From: Girardia tigrina
Taxonomy: Eukaryota
Length of the DNA stretch: 64,000 nt
NCBI GenBank assembly: GCA_001938485.1
Contig: MQRK01190690.1
Span: forward strand, 1 to 64,000
Direction: 5' to 3'
Shown here: positions 49,746 to 63,360 of the stretch, in pieces
How positions within the stretch are numbered: position 1 is the first letter of the stretch
How the letters are laid out: the number at the start of each line of letters is the position of its first letter
The notes under the pieces: generated by a model
What the model saw: only the letters and a program-made list of their open reading frames with translations
Database searches by the model: none
What the model was told of the DNA's origin: nothing
Program-made: the position numbers and the translations under genes

Positions 49746-51420
49746 TTGACAAATCCACATTGCGATAAGATAGATGAACTATTAATGAAATTACTAATAG
49801 AATATAAAACGATATTTATGGTGGACAAATTGGATATCGGGAAGACCACACTAAATAAGCATAAAATTGAAACGCAAGGAGAACCAATATTGGTAAAACC
49901 GTACCGACAACAAAAACACTTTGAGGAAAAACTAGATGATATTATCAAGAATTACGTGGGAAATGATATCATTGAAAAATGCAGTTCGCCTTGGAATTTT
50001 CCGCTAGTATGCGTATGGAAAAAAGACAAACAGGATATCCGAGTATGTGTTGATTTTCGACAATTAAATAAAGTCACAATCACACCAGCATTTCCAATGC
50101 CAAATGTAGAAGAAATGCTAAATACATTAAATGGAGTGAAATACTTCAGCACGATCGACTTGAAGAGTGCATATCATCATTTTCGACAAAGAACGGCCAA
50201 TATTGTTTTAAAAGAATGCCATTCGGAATTGCAGCTGCCCAGCGATATTTCAAGAACTTATGACAAGAGTGTTAGGAGAATTAAACTGGAAAGAAGCAGT
50301 TGTATACCTGGACAATATTCTAATGTTCGCAAAAGGCAAAGAATAAAATTTCAGACGAGTCGAACACATATTTCAAAAGAATCGGGCCTAAGGATAAACC
50401 CTGAAAAGTGTCAATTCATGGTAGAAAAGACAAAATTTTTAGGATATGTCGTGAGCAAAGATGGTATAGAGACGGATAAAACGAAAATTGAAGCAATCGA
50501 AAAATTTCAAAATTCTTCATGCATTAAACATTTAAGAAGTTTCTTAGGGTTAATGAACTATTATAGAAAATTTTTGAAGCATTATGCCAAATATTCAAAA
50601 ATACTGGAAGGGCTGTGTGGAAAAAATAAAGATAAAAAATTGACATGGACAAAGGAATGTGACAAAGCATTTGAGACATTAAAAGATAAAATGACAAAAA
50701 CACCGATCCTAGCATATCCATATTTCGAAAAGGAGTTTATACTGGATACAGACGCCAGTTTTGATACAATCGGGCAGTACTGGCACAGAAGGATGCATAC
50801 GGAAGGGAAAGAGTAATTGCATATGGATCCCACAAGATGAACAAACACGAACTGGGATACTGTATTACAAGAAAGGAATTATTGGCAATCTATTACTTTA
50901 CCCAACACTTCAAACATTTCTTATACGGAAAGAAGTTTCTACTTAGAACGGACTATAAGGCCATCACATTCATCATGACAACGAAGAACCCAATAACTCC
51001 ACAATTCCAAACTTGGATAAACTTCCTTAGGGGACTAGACATGAGGATAGAATACCGCAAGAGCGAAAAACATACTAATGCAGACGCAATGTCGAGAAAT
51101 ATATGTGAACTATGTGTACAATGTCAGACAATGCGCGATGACGCTAAAAAGGAAAAGTTAAAACTAGAATCCTTACCTTAACTGAAGATTCAGAAGAGTT
51201 CATTTGGCAGACGAATGATAAAGAAATAGAACAGATTAAAGAAAATATTAGAATGGGAAAGACAAAAGAATGGCTTCTAAAAAACAATATCGTGACGACA
51301 AGAGATAACAAATATTGGATCCCGCGGAAGAAGAAAATAGACTTTATAGAAGATATACATAAAATGTTATGCCACGCAGGAAGTAAGGAAGTTTACAATT
51401 ACATAAAAGACTTTTTTTTC
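49746..51420 (+). mobile_element. pol: Ty3/gypsy pol fragment (RT, RNase H, integrase HH start)
   Basis: SSPWNFPLV, RVCVDFRQLN, FSTIDL, LDTDAS, KELLAI, LRTD.KA, NADAMSR, HKMLCH; frameshifts and deletions. Confidence 0.95.
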
Positions 51421-51444
51421 AAAGACTTTAGCCCCTCGAAAGGT

Positions 51445-51930
51445 GACTAAGTTTTTTCTAATAGTCATGTTATGGGCTCTAATGAATAAAAGCAGTCGAT
51501 TGAAGGAAAAATCAATGCTGAAAGCTATCTGAACATGCTCCAAAATGAATACAACTAGCAAACACTAAGAAAAGGAATAAAGAAAGTTTATGATTTGTAG
51601 CTGGACGTTGCAAAAACTAACTGTGAACTTAAAGAAGTCTTTTCGGTTGCTTTTCTGCTCATTGATTTGGATGCTTGATTGATGCTTCGAAAGATACATG
51701 AAAGATCTTTCTGGCGAATAAAGCTCTAAGATATTCAATTCGACCCTTAGGATGTTAAGCTTACTTAAATTTTTCATAATCAAAAAATATCTTTCCTTGA
51801 CAAAAATTATGGAGCTTTAAATAAAAGGAAATATTTTGATTGGTTTGGACTTTTGTGACTCCCTATAAATATATACTGACCGCCTAACATATTTCTCTGG
51901 TGGGACTAATGCATTGGCTCCTTGTAAATA
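51445..51930 (-). pseudogene. Trypsin-like fragment
   Basis: LVPPE...VYIYRE, ILRVELNILELYS, FIRAHNMTI; weak. Confidence 0.3.
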
Positions 51931-52701
51931 AATATTATAATATAAATAAATATATTCCTAAATTTACTTTTTATTGTTTGGAAGTTTTAAAAAAAGATCG
52001 ATAAAAAATTAAAAAAATAAATATTTATATTTTTAATTTGAGGATTATTTTCAGATTATTTTTTATCCCTTTTTTTCAATTAACAAAGAAAACATTTCTT
52101 AATTTAAATTTAATTAAATTATTACAATAAAATATTCATTGAAATTATATAAATATTTTTCTGAAACTCGCTGAACAAATTATTTAATAAATTTAAATTT
52201 CTATTTTTTAATATGAAAAATATTTTTTCTTGAATAAAAAGTTTTCATGGAGAAAATTTGCAAAAATAATTTGTTTAATGGAAATAAATTTAAAATATTT
52301 TTACTTTATTATTTCCTCACAAAATCTGATGACTAAAATAATGTATATTAATAAATATTGAAAGAAAATAAAGTGATCATTCAAACAATTTATTCGATTC
52401 CACAGGAAATATTCAATTAAAATATTTAATTTGAATCATTTATGATAGGGATTCTCTTCACAAAATTTATATTAGGAAAGTACCATTAATTATTGTATCA
52501 AAAATGGAAATAGTATTAGAGTTCGTATTTAAAAAATTGAAACAATTACAACCTCAAAAATTCGCAGGAAAAACAGTCTAAAGCATTGTTCCCAACGCGG
52601 GGCCCCACCGGGCTAATTTGATTTTTAAGAGAGGCTATTCAAAAGTTGGCTTATCTTAAAACGAACATGCAAAATTTTATGATGGTTTAAGCTTTGTTTT
52701 C

Positions 52702-53240
52702 TGTGAGGAATATTTTAAATATGATATGTTGAAATTAGTTTGTTGAATTTTGTATGTTGAGGTTAGTATTTGGAAATGTGTTTCTCCACCCAGATGGGAA
52801 ATTGGTATTTTAGATGTTCACGATAAATAATTATTCGAGTATAATTTGCATTTTAAAGTACAGCATAAGATATTTAAAAACATTAAAAATATTAAATCTT
52901 TTCAAATCTTTATATTATAATTTAAATTAAATAAATAGTTTTAAATAAAAGTTTTGAATTAAATAAATGTTCTTTCTTTCCATAAAATAATTTTTTAAAT
53001 AAAATTAATATGTAAATAAAATTATTACTAAAACTACAAAATTTGGACTTTAAAAATTAAATCTGAAAATAATGAAAAAATTTTTCGAATAATTGTTTAT
53101 TAACAAACATTAATAAAATATTATCAATTTAGAACGATGTCGAATGACGAGAGTTTCGCTGAGAGTTGTCCAAAAGACAATTCTGATTGTAATGAAAATA
53201 AAAGTTCGAAAAACCATGTTGGTGTTCTTAATATTTTCTT
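52702..53240 (+). repeat. Solo-LTR-like repeat family, copy g
   Basis: TGTGAGGAATATT start, core, AGTTGTC-CAAAA-GACAATT, AATAAA, GGTGTTCTTAATA. Confidence 0.85.
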
Positions 53241-53242
53241 TG

Positions 53243-53390
53243 AGGCCGTCGGCGCAATGTAATTAAATGTAATTGTCGCCGATATCATTGATAAATTGAC
53301 ATAGCGGCAGCCATCGCCGGCCGGCAGATTTAACAACATTACCAAACCGATATCTGCCTCAGCGGACGGTGTCAAAGAAAGCACAACTCT
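53243..53390 (-). pseudogene. Trypsin-like fragment
   Basis: PSAEADIGLVML (Asp102 motif); abuts the LTR-like copy. Confidence 0.45.
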
Positions 53391-53589
53391 CTGATAATAA
53401 TTTTATAAGATGAAATAAAACAAGAATTTACTATTCATAAAATCTCTTTATTTATGAAAATTAAAATTTTTAAAAATTTGAATTTAAATTTTTAGATAAA
53501 ACTTAATAATTTTTAATGATAAGTATTTTTCATTTTCAAAGTTTTTCGTTCACTAATAAATACTAATATGGATTGGAATATAAGAAATA

Positions 53590-53945
53590 TGAATGGCTAA
53601 AGTCAGGGATAAGACGACTTTTTGTGGTTATCAAAAAAATTATCCCTGGGGGGATAATTTCTGGGACCATCATCGAATCAACGCTTATAGTCTTCACTCA
53701 TAGCTGTATTGAAGGATGCTTTACAATCAACATCCAGCAACTTTAGAAAGCTGATAATTTGTGCTGGTATCAAACTAACTGCTGCTTTAAGAATTTCGAG
53801 GTGGTTATGGCTCATAAGATTATTCACGACTAGTAAGCTTTTGTTTGTGACACTGTGCTCCTCAGACTTTATAAACCTTTATATTCAGTCATTCATGAAA
53901 ACCTTTTGTGAAACCCACGCTTCATCATTGCAACGTCAATATTAG
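53590..53945 (+). pseudogene. Trypsin-like paralog, N-half
   Basis: ISGTIIESTLIVFTHSCI (CGGTLI...VLTAAHC), then LIICAG and SSDFINL after a frameshift. Confidence 0.6.
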
Positions 53946-54645
53946 GTTGTTTTAGGATTTAGGAATATTCATAAGACCTTTAAGTCCCCAAGAATTTCGT
54001 TCATTTTCAAGGCAATGACGCATACCATACCCTGTTTCATTTCATTGTTCCCATTGGGAGAACAATCACGCTTTCACATTTGACATGTAACGTTCTGCTT
54101 AAAATTACTTCATTTCGTTTTAATGATATTCCCTTGGATATAAATCGAGGTTATATTATAAAAATAAAGATAAATAACAAAAAAGATAAGTAGAATTGAA
54201 GAATTTTACATGAAATATTTTTTTTTAATTATTTCACAAATAAAAATAAAAATTTCCATTTTTATAGGCTTTCAAAATCACAATTTGTGAATTTGATTTT
54301 ATTATTTTTTTTAATTTAGTAAAAAAAATTTGAAACATATTTCTATGATTTCTTTACTTTTTAGGTAAAGCTGTACATTTTTATAAATTTAATTTAAATT
54401 AAAATGTACTTGATTGTTATATTAAAAAGTTTTAAATCTCTAGCTGAAAACAATTTTTTTATTTAAATGACCCTTCAAAAGCCTCACTGGGTTTACACGA
54501 GTTACTACTTGTTCGATTGAAGTCTCCTTGTTTTATAAATCCCTTATGTGTGTCAAGCACCAAATGATGTATAGAGTGGAGTTTGTCTTCGAGACTCGTG
54601 TCCTCTTTATTGAAGCTTTTAGGCAATTCTACTGTTGTAGTATTA

Positions 54646-54906
54646 TTAGCGACCCTTCACTATCCATCTCACAAATTTTCTAGAAGACCAAAGAATACTT
54701 AAAACATATTTTTTTATCAAAGATTCCAAAAACTGTTTCAATACCATAATATCTAAGGACGAAAGATAAACCCAGTAGAATATAGTAAAGACCATAGGCA
54801 CTGGAACAATTTTACACCTGGAGGCTGAAAAGAAGAAAACAGTCCTGAAAAATCGTAGCTTATGGACCCCCTTAAAGTACAGGATCGAGTTTATTTCTAA
54901 AGTCAA
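54646..54906 (-). pseudogene. Trypsin-like paralog, open 86-aa frame
   Basis: FFSASRC...YLSSLDIMVLKQ...KYVLSILW...WIVKGR. Confidence 0.65.
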
Positions 54907-54914
54907 GAAACTAC

Positions 54915-55260
54915 TTAAATTTTATTTAAAAAATACAATTTACGATATGCTCCAAAAAGTCCTTTCTGTGAGGACCTTGCATATACAAAGTCACTTGTTA
55001 TTACAAGAAGATCCAATTTTTCTGTCCTTTCCTTGTGGCAATGTAGTAACATTAGATTGTTAAAACGCTTTTGTATCATTGAGTTCCGTAAGTACGTCTT
55101 GAGTCTTCTCATGGTAGAATAAGAGCGTTTGGGTTTTAAAGTCCTCATATGTATTGTCATCCACCGACAGAGATTAAGATACAAATTTCTAAAAACCAAG
55201 ACGTTCCCATTATTGATGCAACCAACATCTCATCAATTTTTCTCAAATTTCAAACTTCTT
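54915..55260 (-). mobile_element. hAT transposase C-terminal dimerisation domain remnant
   Basis: KRSYSTMRRLKTYLRNSMIQKRFNNLMLLHCHKE. Confidence 0.88.
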
Positions 55261-55389
55261 CTGAGGCGTCTGTCACTTAACTATAATCATTAAAACATAG
55301 TTTTGAAACAAACGTTATTGTGATCTGTTGTGATTAGTAAATCAAAACTTTATTTTTTTTTCATCAAAATAAAAATATGTGTGTATATT

Positions 55390-55845
55390 TTCTTGTGCAC
55401 GCGGTGTTGAAATTGCAAATAATGTTTCTAAAAAAACAATGATTTGAACGGCTAACAAATGACAATGGTCAATTTGTTTAAATGGTGTAATTTGTAAATA
55501 AAACAAATACAAAAATTTTGAATATAAAATTTTTTTAATCTTATTCAACTACACAATATTTATTTTCGACAAAAATTAATTTCGATTTTGATCCTACAAA
55601 TCGCTAATGTTTTGTGCAAGATGGTCGATATACGTTTAAACTCAATCCACGACCGAACCATTTCAAATTGCATCGCACGTTGCCGAGATAGCGGCCCGAT
55701 TCTGCTTGATGATGCGCCATCCAAATCCGGTAATTTAATTTTTACCGGAGCGGGTCTTCTCCATCCATTTTGCCAGAGAAAACACCGCGGTTCCAGGTGT
55801 TCGTTCGCTTGTCAAGTCCAGCCTCATGCCCGCCTCGTTTTATGA
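55390..55845 (+). pseudogene. Trypsin-like paralog (pair with 32095-32600)
   Basis: LVHAVLKLQI exon; open frame VDIRL...CRDSGPILL...NLIFTG...FC...VQPH; visible nucleotide similarity to the 32-kb copy. Confidence 0.7.
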
Positions 55846-56336
55846 TCATAAAAGGCCTCATGTTTGTTTGTCGTTGGACACAAAAAGGATTCCCAGTGTA
55901 TTTTTAACATAATACATATCACTTTCATATATAACATCCGGAGGAGCTGATGTATGCTTTATTCCCTATTGTTAAAATCTGGGGGGCTGATGCACCCTTA
56001 GTTCCCTGTTCCGGCGCCTCTTTACTAAAGACAAAATAATAATTATACGATTTATATAATTATTATTTTTGTTTTCTTTATATTTTAATTTCGTAATCAT
56101 ATTATAGTAAAAACGAACTTCATAGCAAATAACTTATGTCCTGAGTTCTTTTTTAATATAATATTATAAACAAAAAGAATTATAAAAATGTTTAATAAAA
56201 TTATATTATACAATAACAGTTTAACAGAAACATAAAAAAACAGTGTTTAAATAATCAGAGAAAAAAGAAATGATGAGTTCAGAGTTGAAGTAAAATAAAA
56301 TATTAGTTACTTATAATGGTAAATTTTGATTAATTT

Positions 56337-56339
<3 letters not shown>

Positions 56340-56383
<44 letters not shown>

Positions 56384-56433
56384 NNNNNNNNNNNNNNNNN
56401 NNNNNNNNNNNNNNNNNNNNNNNNNNNNNNNNN

Positions 56434-56481
<48 letters not shown>
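56340..56481. repeat. (TA)n microsatellite spanning an N-gap
   Basis: Perfect TA runs on both sides of gap 56384-56433. Confidence 0.97.
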
Positions 56482-56486
<5 letters not shown>

Positions 56487-56639
56487 TCGTGACAGATTAA
56501 TTGCATCAAGGATAAAATATTGATATTTACCGCATGTTGACAGAAAAATTGCAATACACCAATCCAAAAAAGATATAATTGTAGTTAATCTGCATGTACT
56601 CTACATCAAAGAACACACCACACATGTATACGTGTTAGA

Positions 56640-57615
56640 AATGGGTGTGGCCACCCTTGCTGTTCTTGAGAGCGCTGACACGCGACTGCATGGAAAACAC
56701 ACAGTTTCTGGCAATATCTCTCAAATCAATGTCATTATACCAGATTTGTTACGCTCTCTCAATTACCTGTTGTCTGAAGTTGCCACTGCCTTGGCGGTAT
56801 AATTTTCGCTTAAACACACTCCAAACGTTTTCAATCGGGTTCATATCCAGAGAGTATGAACACCAGTCGACACACTGTATTCCTTGTTGCTTCATATAAA
56901 CCTTGGTGGTTACACCATAGTGGAACCGGGTGCCATCCTGTAACAGTTTCCATTGGGTGGTACTAAAGAGGGTATCAGCCAATGGTATCAGATGCGTCTC
57001 CAAATTGTCGATATATTTTTGGGCATTCATAGTCCCATCGACAGGAACTAAACACCCTTTGCCGAAGATGGTGATGGCTCCCCAAAACATCACTTTGATT
57101 ACGTAGTCGTGGCGATGATCAAAGTGCTCGTCACGAGGAATTTCTCTCTTGCTGCGGCGTACGTATTGCACTCGCAGTTGACGCACCTCCACCATTGCTT
57201 CGTCGATAAATATAACCTTAGAAATGTAGAAAATGAGGCAAAGACAAATAAAAATGGGTATAAAAAGAAGTTTGCAAGTTTCTCATTATTTTACCTTATT
57301 CCATTCTTTCTGGGACATTTGCACATGTCGTTTGGCCCAATCCAAGCGCATCTCCTTCTCCGCAGGATCAAGTTTGTGCACCTTCCTTGCACGATAACAG
57401 CGTCTGTCGCCATTCTTGAGAATACGATGAATGGTTCGAAGGCTGACATGTGTGACTGACGTGCCTGCAGACCTTTGGATTTCGGAGGCCGTCTTGCGTG
57501 GATCCTTAACACTTTCACGAATGATGTAGCGTTTGTCACCCTTCTTCACTTTTGCTAGAGTTCCATATTTATCCTTTCGCAGGATTTCCACAGAGCCAGT
57601 ACGCTTAAAAATGTT
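56640..57615 (-). mobile_element. Tc1-like (DD34E) transposase with 78-nt intron (57217-57294)
   Basis: Splicing GTAAAA..TCTAAG joins WNK|VIFIDE in frame; VMFWGAI, QDG...MNPIENVW with 34 spacing. Confidence 0.9.
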
Positions 57616-57717
57616 TCTTAAATATATAGTTTTTGTGATATTAAATTTAAATTTAAATATATAAAAAAATCAATACCTTTATTTTTGATTTTGGTAAAGT
57701 GAACAAATATAATATTA

Positions 57718-59056
57718 ATGAACGAACATTTATGGTTTTAACTTATTTTAAGTTGGTTTTTGAGCAGAAGAAAAAATTAAATTAATTAAGGAAAAAGTTT
57801 GGATGGCATCACAAGATAACGAGATGCACTATAATAAGGGATCATGAAAAGGTTCTTAAAACTGGAAGCATCCTAGGCGATGCATATGAAATGGTAACGA
57901 AACCGAAAACAGTGCGCGCAAAATCGAATGTAGAAATGCTGGTCAAAATTACGAAGAGAATCCAACATCATCGTAATGAATCGCTTCTGAAGTTTTAAAT
58001 ATCGAACGGAGATCTCTTGGGAGTATAATGAAGCATACCTTAATTTATTTCCATATAAGATTAAATTTAATTAACCGATTCATGAAAATGCACGTGAAAA
58101 ACGATTTAAGTTTTTAAATATGATGATCGATGAGAAGGAAAGAAACAAAATCGTCTGCGGCAAACTTTGGTTCAGTGACGAGGCTCATTTTCACCTAAGC
58201 GGATACAAAACAAACAAAATTGACTTTTCTGGGGTTCAGAGATTCCTTGCTTAATGACTATTAAGCCACTTTATCCAAAAAGAGTAACGATTTTGTGCTA
58301 TATGTCATCAGAAATGATTATTGGACCAATCTTTATTAACGAAAACGTAATTGCAAAAATCGATATGTGCATATTGAAGTATCAAGTGATACCAGACATG
58401 AATGCAATTGGTAAAATTGACAATTATTGGTTTATGTAAGATGGAACAGGATAGTATAGAACATACGAAGTTTTCGAATACTTAAACGAGGATTTTGGTG
58501 AAAGAATTTTTGGTTTAGATTCCGAGAAGCACATAGGAGAATGGATTTATTGGCTTCCATATTCACCGGATGTAAATCCATGTGACTTTGCTTTATGGGG
58601 TTACCTGAAAGATATTATTTTTCGGTCAACATCATCAACAATTACCGAGTTAAAAGCACAAATTACTTAAAAGATCAAATGGCTACCAACAGAATTCTTT
58701 CATAAGTCAATTAAAAGTTTAGAATGTCGATTGGAACACATTACAGCCTCGGACGGTGATCATTTCGAAAATTTTTTGTATTAATAAAACTAAAAAATAT
58801 TTCTTTGTACTTTTTCCTGGTACATTATCAAATAAATATTTTAAATTTATACGTAATATCGCAGAAACTATATATTTATAAAAGACAAAATCAACAAAAT
58901 GACACCAAAATAATGAGGGAATTTCAAAACTTTGTTGTGTAATAGTTATGTGAAACTAGACTTTAATTTCAACATTTTTTTCAAAAAATTGCTTCTTATC
59001 AATTCTCAATCATTTGAAGCAATAAACAGACTGATCCTACAATTTCCCCCACCCTG
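57718..59056 (+). mobile_element. Second rosa(DD41D)-like element with DD47D spacing, degraded
   Basis: WFSDEAHF, WFM*DG, PYSPDVNPCDFALWGYLKD; 3' end CACCCTG-TA. Confidence 0.9.
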
Positions 59057-59363
59057 TATAATATTTAATATAATATAATAAATAGTATATTTATATGTAT
59101 GTATAGTTGGTTGCTCTGCGCTATTTCTCCCCAGATCTTACTGAAGTAGGGTAAGTAAATGATATCATGAATTATAACACTGTAATATTACCTTTATACG
59201 GTCTGACCGAAGAAACGCCTCTCAACTCTTCGAAGAATATTCGATTAACTTGGTCAAACTACTTATTTTTAATTACTTACTTCTATAAAATCGTACTTAT
59301 ATAAATAAAATCTGAGAAGTAAAAGGAATTAATTCTATTAAATATCTCAAAATTTTATTTAAA

Positions 59364-59621
59364 TCAACCAACATTTGTTTGAGACTTGATTGAAAGTGAT
59401 AATGGATTCTGTCTGTGGGCATGGATTCCATCCATTATTTGTAGACGGGTTTCGCTACGACCGTCGAGACGAGCGCGATCTCTTATTCTCTTTTCCTTGT
59501 TTTCTCGTAACAATTTGAAGTTGGAAAGGTAATGCAATATTTTCACAATGGGTTCCGTCATTTCATTAATACATTCACTTTCTTGATTCATTTGCTTTGG
59601 GAGAATGTGCAAAGAACGCAT
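59364..59621 (-). pseudogene. Possible trypsin-like fragment
   Basis: ESECINEMTEPI...IMDGIH; weak. Confidence 0.25.
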
Positions 59622-60066
59622 CGACCCATGTCCAAATGCAAATCTCCGTTTTATGTCTCCTAATCTTTATTCTTTTTACAATATTTTCAATGACCACTGT
59701 TCTAATAAAAGTTACTTTCTATTTAAAAATCCAAATAAAACTTTTATTTTATACTCATTTTCACACAATTAAACAGATTTAATCCTTTAATCTCCAATAT
59801 TATTACTTATTTAAGTGCAAAGTCATTGCAAGTAAAAGAAACTTCTTCTTTCAGCATTAAAAGAAAAACTTTTCGAAAAGTTTTAAATGTTCGAACTCTT
59901 TATAGAGATTTTAGTGTTAAATGCGTTTAAAAAACGGCTATGATGTATCGATATACTTACAAAACTTCTTGGTTCTGTAATGAGAATATTTCCTCGGGGA
60001 GTTATGATTCGGATATAGCGCTTTACGTGAAGAAGGAACGCGTATGAACATTTGGTAAGTGGCCTT

Positions 60067-60264
60067 TGTGAGGAATATTTGGTGTGTGGATGTTTTTGTG
60101 TAGTTTTTGTATGTTTAAATGTTGTATGTTGATTTGGGATTGTGCCTCTCCTAACCAGATGAATTATCAATATTTAATTTTTATAATCTGAAACTAATTT
60201 ATTTAAAGTTAGATTTAATATTCAAATTTTTAGTTTTTATTATTGTACTTTTTAAATAATTTTA
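60067..60264 (+). repeat. Solo-LTR-like repeat family, copy h (runs into gap)
   Basis: TGTGAGGAATATT start and core. Confidence 0.8.
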
Positions 60265-62469
60265 NNNNNNNNNNNNNNNNNNNNNNNNNNNNNNNNNNNN
60301 NNNNNNNNNNNNNNNNNNNNNNNNNNNNNNNNNNNNNNNNNNNNNNNNNNNNNNNNNNNNNNNNNNNNNNNNNNNNNNNNNNNNNNNNNNNNNNNNNNNN
60401 NNNNNNNNNNNNNNTATTGAAAAATTGATTGATGGAATCTAGTGAAAGCCTTACTGTTGATCATCATAAAGATGATAAAAATTGTGAATGTAATAAATGT
60501 TCTGTCAAATGTGTGAGTTCTCTTAACAGCCTTAAAGACATTGGCAACAACAAATCCTTAAAAATAATTTCGTATTGTCGAGAAATTACATCAAATTAGT
60601 GTCTCAAAGACCTACTTTTCATTGAAAAAGGCTATTGTAATTGACTAAACGGAGAGAAACATTTTAGTTGACAATTTTTGAGGGACTTTAGGCTCTGGGT
60701 TGATTATACTTCCTATCGGGTCACGATACTAAAGTGGTGGTGAATTATAATGTGAAACTTCTTCGGACAAATGTAGAGATAGAGCTGCATTACTTCTAAT
60801 CATAAATGTAGTTAAATATGTATAAAAGCAATAAATATTATCATAGTTCATTTTGTTAGGGTTTCGAAAGAATACATGTGAACACTTTTGATAAAGTTTT
60901 ATAAAGGAAAATTTTTAAATAATTCTTTTAGTAAAATTATTAATTTCAAACAAAATAATATTTAGTATAACAAAACTTGGAATTAAAAATTATAAATATT
61001 TGTTTTACTTCATCAAAAATTATAAATATTTTACTCTTTGTTTTATCTCATCAATTGTCAAGGCTGAGGAAAATTACTATATAAACAACATCAAATTCNN
61101 NNNNNNNNNNNNNNNNNNNNNNNNNNNNNNNNNNNNNNNNNNNNNNNNNNNNNNNNNNNNNNNNNNNNNNNNNNNNNNNNNNNNNNNNNNNNNNNNNNNN
61201 NNNNNNNNNNNNNNNNNNNNNNNNNNNNNNNNNNNNNNNNNNNNNNNNNNNNNNNNNNNNNNATCGTTCGTTTTGGGAGATTCACAGTTTTTACTGTAAT
61301 CTGTTAACTCGCACGAAATATTGATTGTATTTGTATTCTGCCATCAAAGAATTGAATTATTATTATTATTTGTGACTTGTTATTATTTGTTATTTGAAAT
61401 AAAGTTTGATAAAAGAATTTGTGTTCATTATTCATATATTTATGTTGGAAGTCCTTTCTGAATAATTGGAGTCACATCAAAAGATAAAAGATTATTGATT
61501 GAGAATTATTGATTAAAGATTATTGATTAAAGAATAAAGAAAAGAGATTTACGATTAAAGATAGAGATTTAAGATTTGTGTTTTAAAAAGTGAATAATTG
61601 AATTAAAGATAATTTTTAATTAAAACCCAACAATTTTAAAATCATATTTAAATTATGTATTTCAATTCACAGACAAGCTTGCATTTATAACATAAAGAAT
61701 CTCTGTGATGAGCTTTAGAAATGAAAGTAGGTGCATAAAATTAGCAAGAAATTTGTCTAAAATTAAAGTCGATTAAAATAAATCTGTCTAAAAAATTTGT
61801 CTAAAATTACGATAAGGATAACGGTGTCTTACATACGAGATCAAGATGTGGAACTGCAAAGGAAAGACTTTGTAAAGATTGCCTATGACAAACAATTATA
61901 TTGAAATCGTGGCTTTCTTTACCAAGTATCCGGTAATCATCGGAATATATTGGAAGCTTATTACTGTCATTAAAAATGAACTGTCACTAAACGAACTAAA
62001 AAGTGAACAATTTGTTAGTGGACAGCAACCAGCAAGGAAAAAAGATATGTTGATTATGTAAAGAGACTAAAACAGTTAAAGAGACTTGGGATGAGGAAAT
62101 GACTGACACATAAATTTTAGATTTTCTCCATGGTGTAATTCATAATGGGAAATAATAATACAGTCTATTCTTTGTCACTTTTTTTGACTACTTTAATTTC
62201 ACTTATTGTGATGTTGATTGTTTTGTTTTAAACAGTTATGTGTGATTGATTAATTATTAAATATTGTTTGTTTAAATAATATATAGTTTTTGTACGGGGT
62301 TTAAAATATAGTTTTGATTTGATGGATTTTAAAGAAACGAAAAACGTAACTTAAACCAATTTGTTTTTAAATCAATTGGTCAGCTCCGTTTTTAGCAATT
62401 CATTCAATAATAAAATACATTTTTAAGAAAATAAGTCAAACCTTTTATTTTAGCTACATCATCGGCCTG

Positions 62470-62740
62470 TTGAGAAACCCTCATTGACCATACGACTGCT
62501 AAAATACGACTGATACATTAAGTTATATCAATATCAGTATTTGTTTAATTTTTCAAGATTAAGTTTTGTAAGAATTTTATTTGTTATTCTGAGCTCAAAA
62601 AGAATTCCGCGAGTACATCACCGAGCTGTTGCTTGCAGTTCTGCAGTTGCCGGGTGATAAATAGTTACCGGTGTTTAGGCAAATGCAACTTGATTTCTGT
62701 CAGCATCGACACCGAATTCTCCTGACTGTCGTAACTAACT
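62470..62740 (-). pseudogene. Trypsin-like fragment
   Basis: PVTIYHP...ILFELR, later QSYG. Confidence 0.4.
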
Positions 62741-62944
62741 TTTTCTACAATTTGCAAGAGAGAAGTCGAAAAATCTCTCCAACAATAGAAACACACGAAA
62801 AAATACATGAATATGTGTCATAATTGTTAAACTTATAAGAAGTATTTTTTCAAGTTATTTATATCTAAAAGTGGATGCTTCTTTAAAAATTACTTTTAAA
62901 AATTAGACTAATAAATTATAAAAAAAATATTGTAAAATGTATTA

Positions 62945-63360
62945 CAAAATACATCAACCGAACTTCTCGCTCTTACGCCTTCAGGAAATGAGATAAAAAT
63001 AGAAGAACTAAATTATAAAATTCATTCTAATTTAATTTTAATATATGAATTATAAATTTTAATGTCGAATAAAAATAATTTTTTGCACTTCTTTGACATG
63101 TTTAATGCAAAAGATCGATTTTCGATTTATCAAAAATTAATTAAATAATTAAATATTAAATATGAGAAAATTAAGGAAATATTAAAGAGAACATTCATAA
63201 ATATATTACAAATTATATTTCTACAAAACAATTTTAGTGATGATAAATTAATCCAAAGATGATTAAAAGGAGTTTTAATGAAACGTCAGACATTTGGGTC
63301 CCCGTACTGCTCGAGTCTCTCCACCAGCAGTAAAACTCGTCTTTTCTCGACTTTCATCCC
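62945..63360 (+). pseudogene. Trypsin-like fragment
   Basis: QPNFSLLRLQE, then QTFGSPY...RLFS. Confidence 0.45.

Noticed and set aside
56307-56567. IYIYIY ORFs and X-containing ORFs at gaps
   Set aside because: Artefacts of (TA)n and N runs.
61478-61580. Short AT-rich tandem repeats (GATTATTGATTAAA)
   Set aside because: Simple slippage repeats with no spacers; not CRISPR-like.
61660-62110. Possible L1/Tx1-like ORF2 C-terminal remnant (LCKDCL)
   Set aside because: Too degraded to assign without a search.
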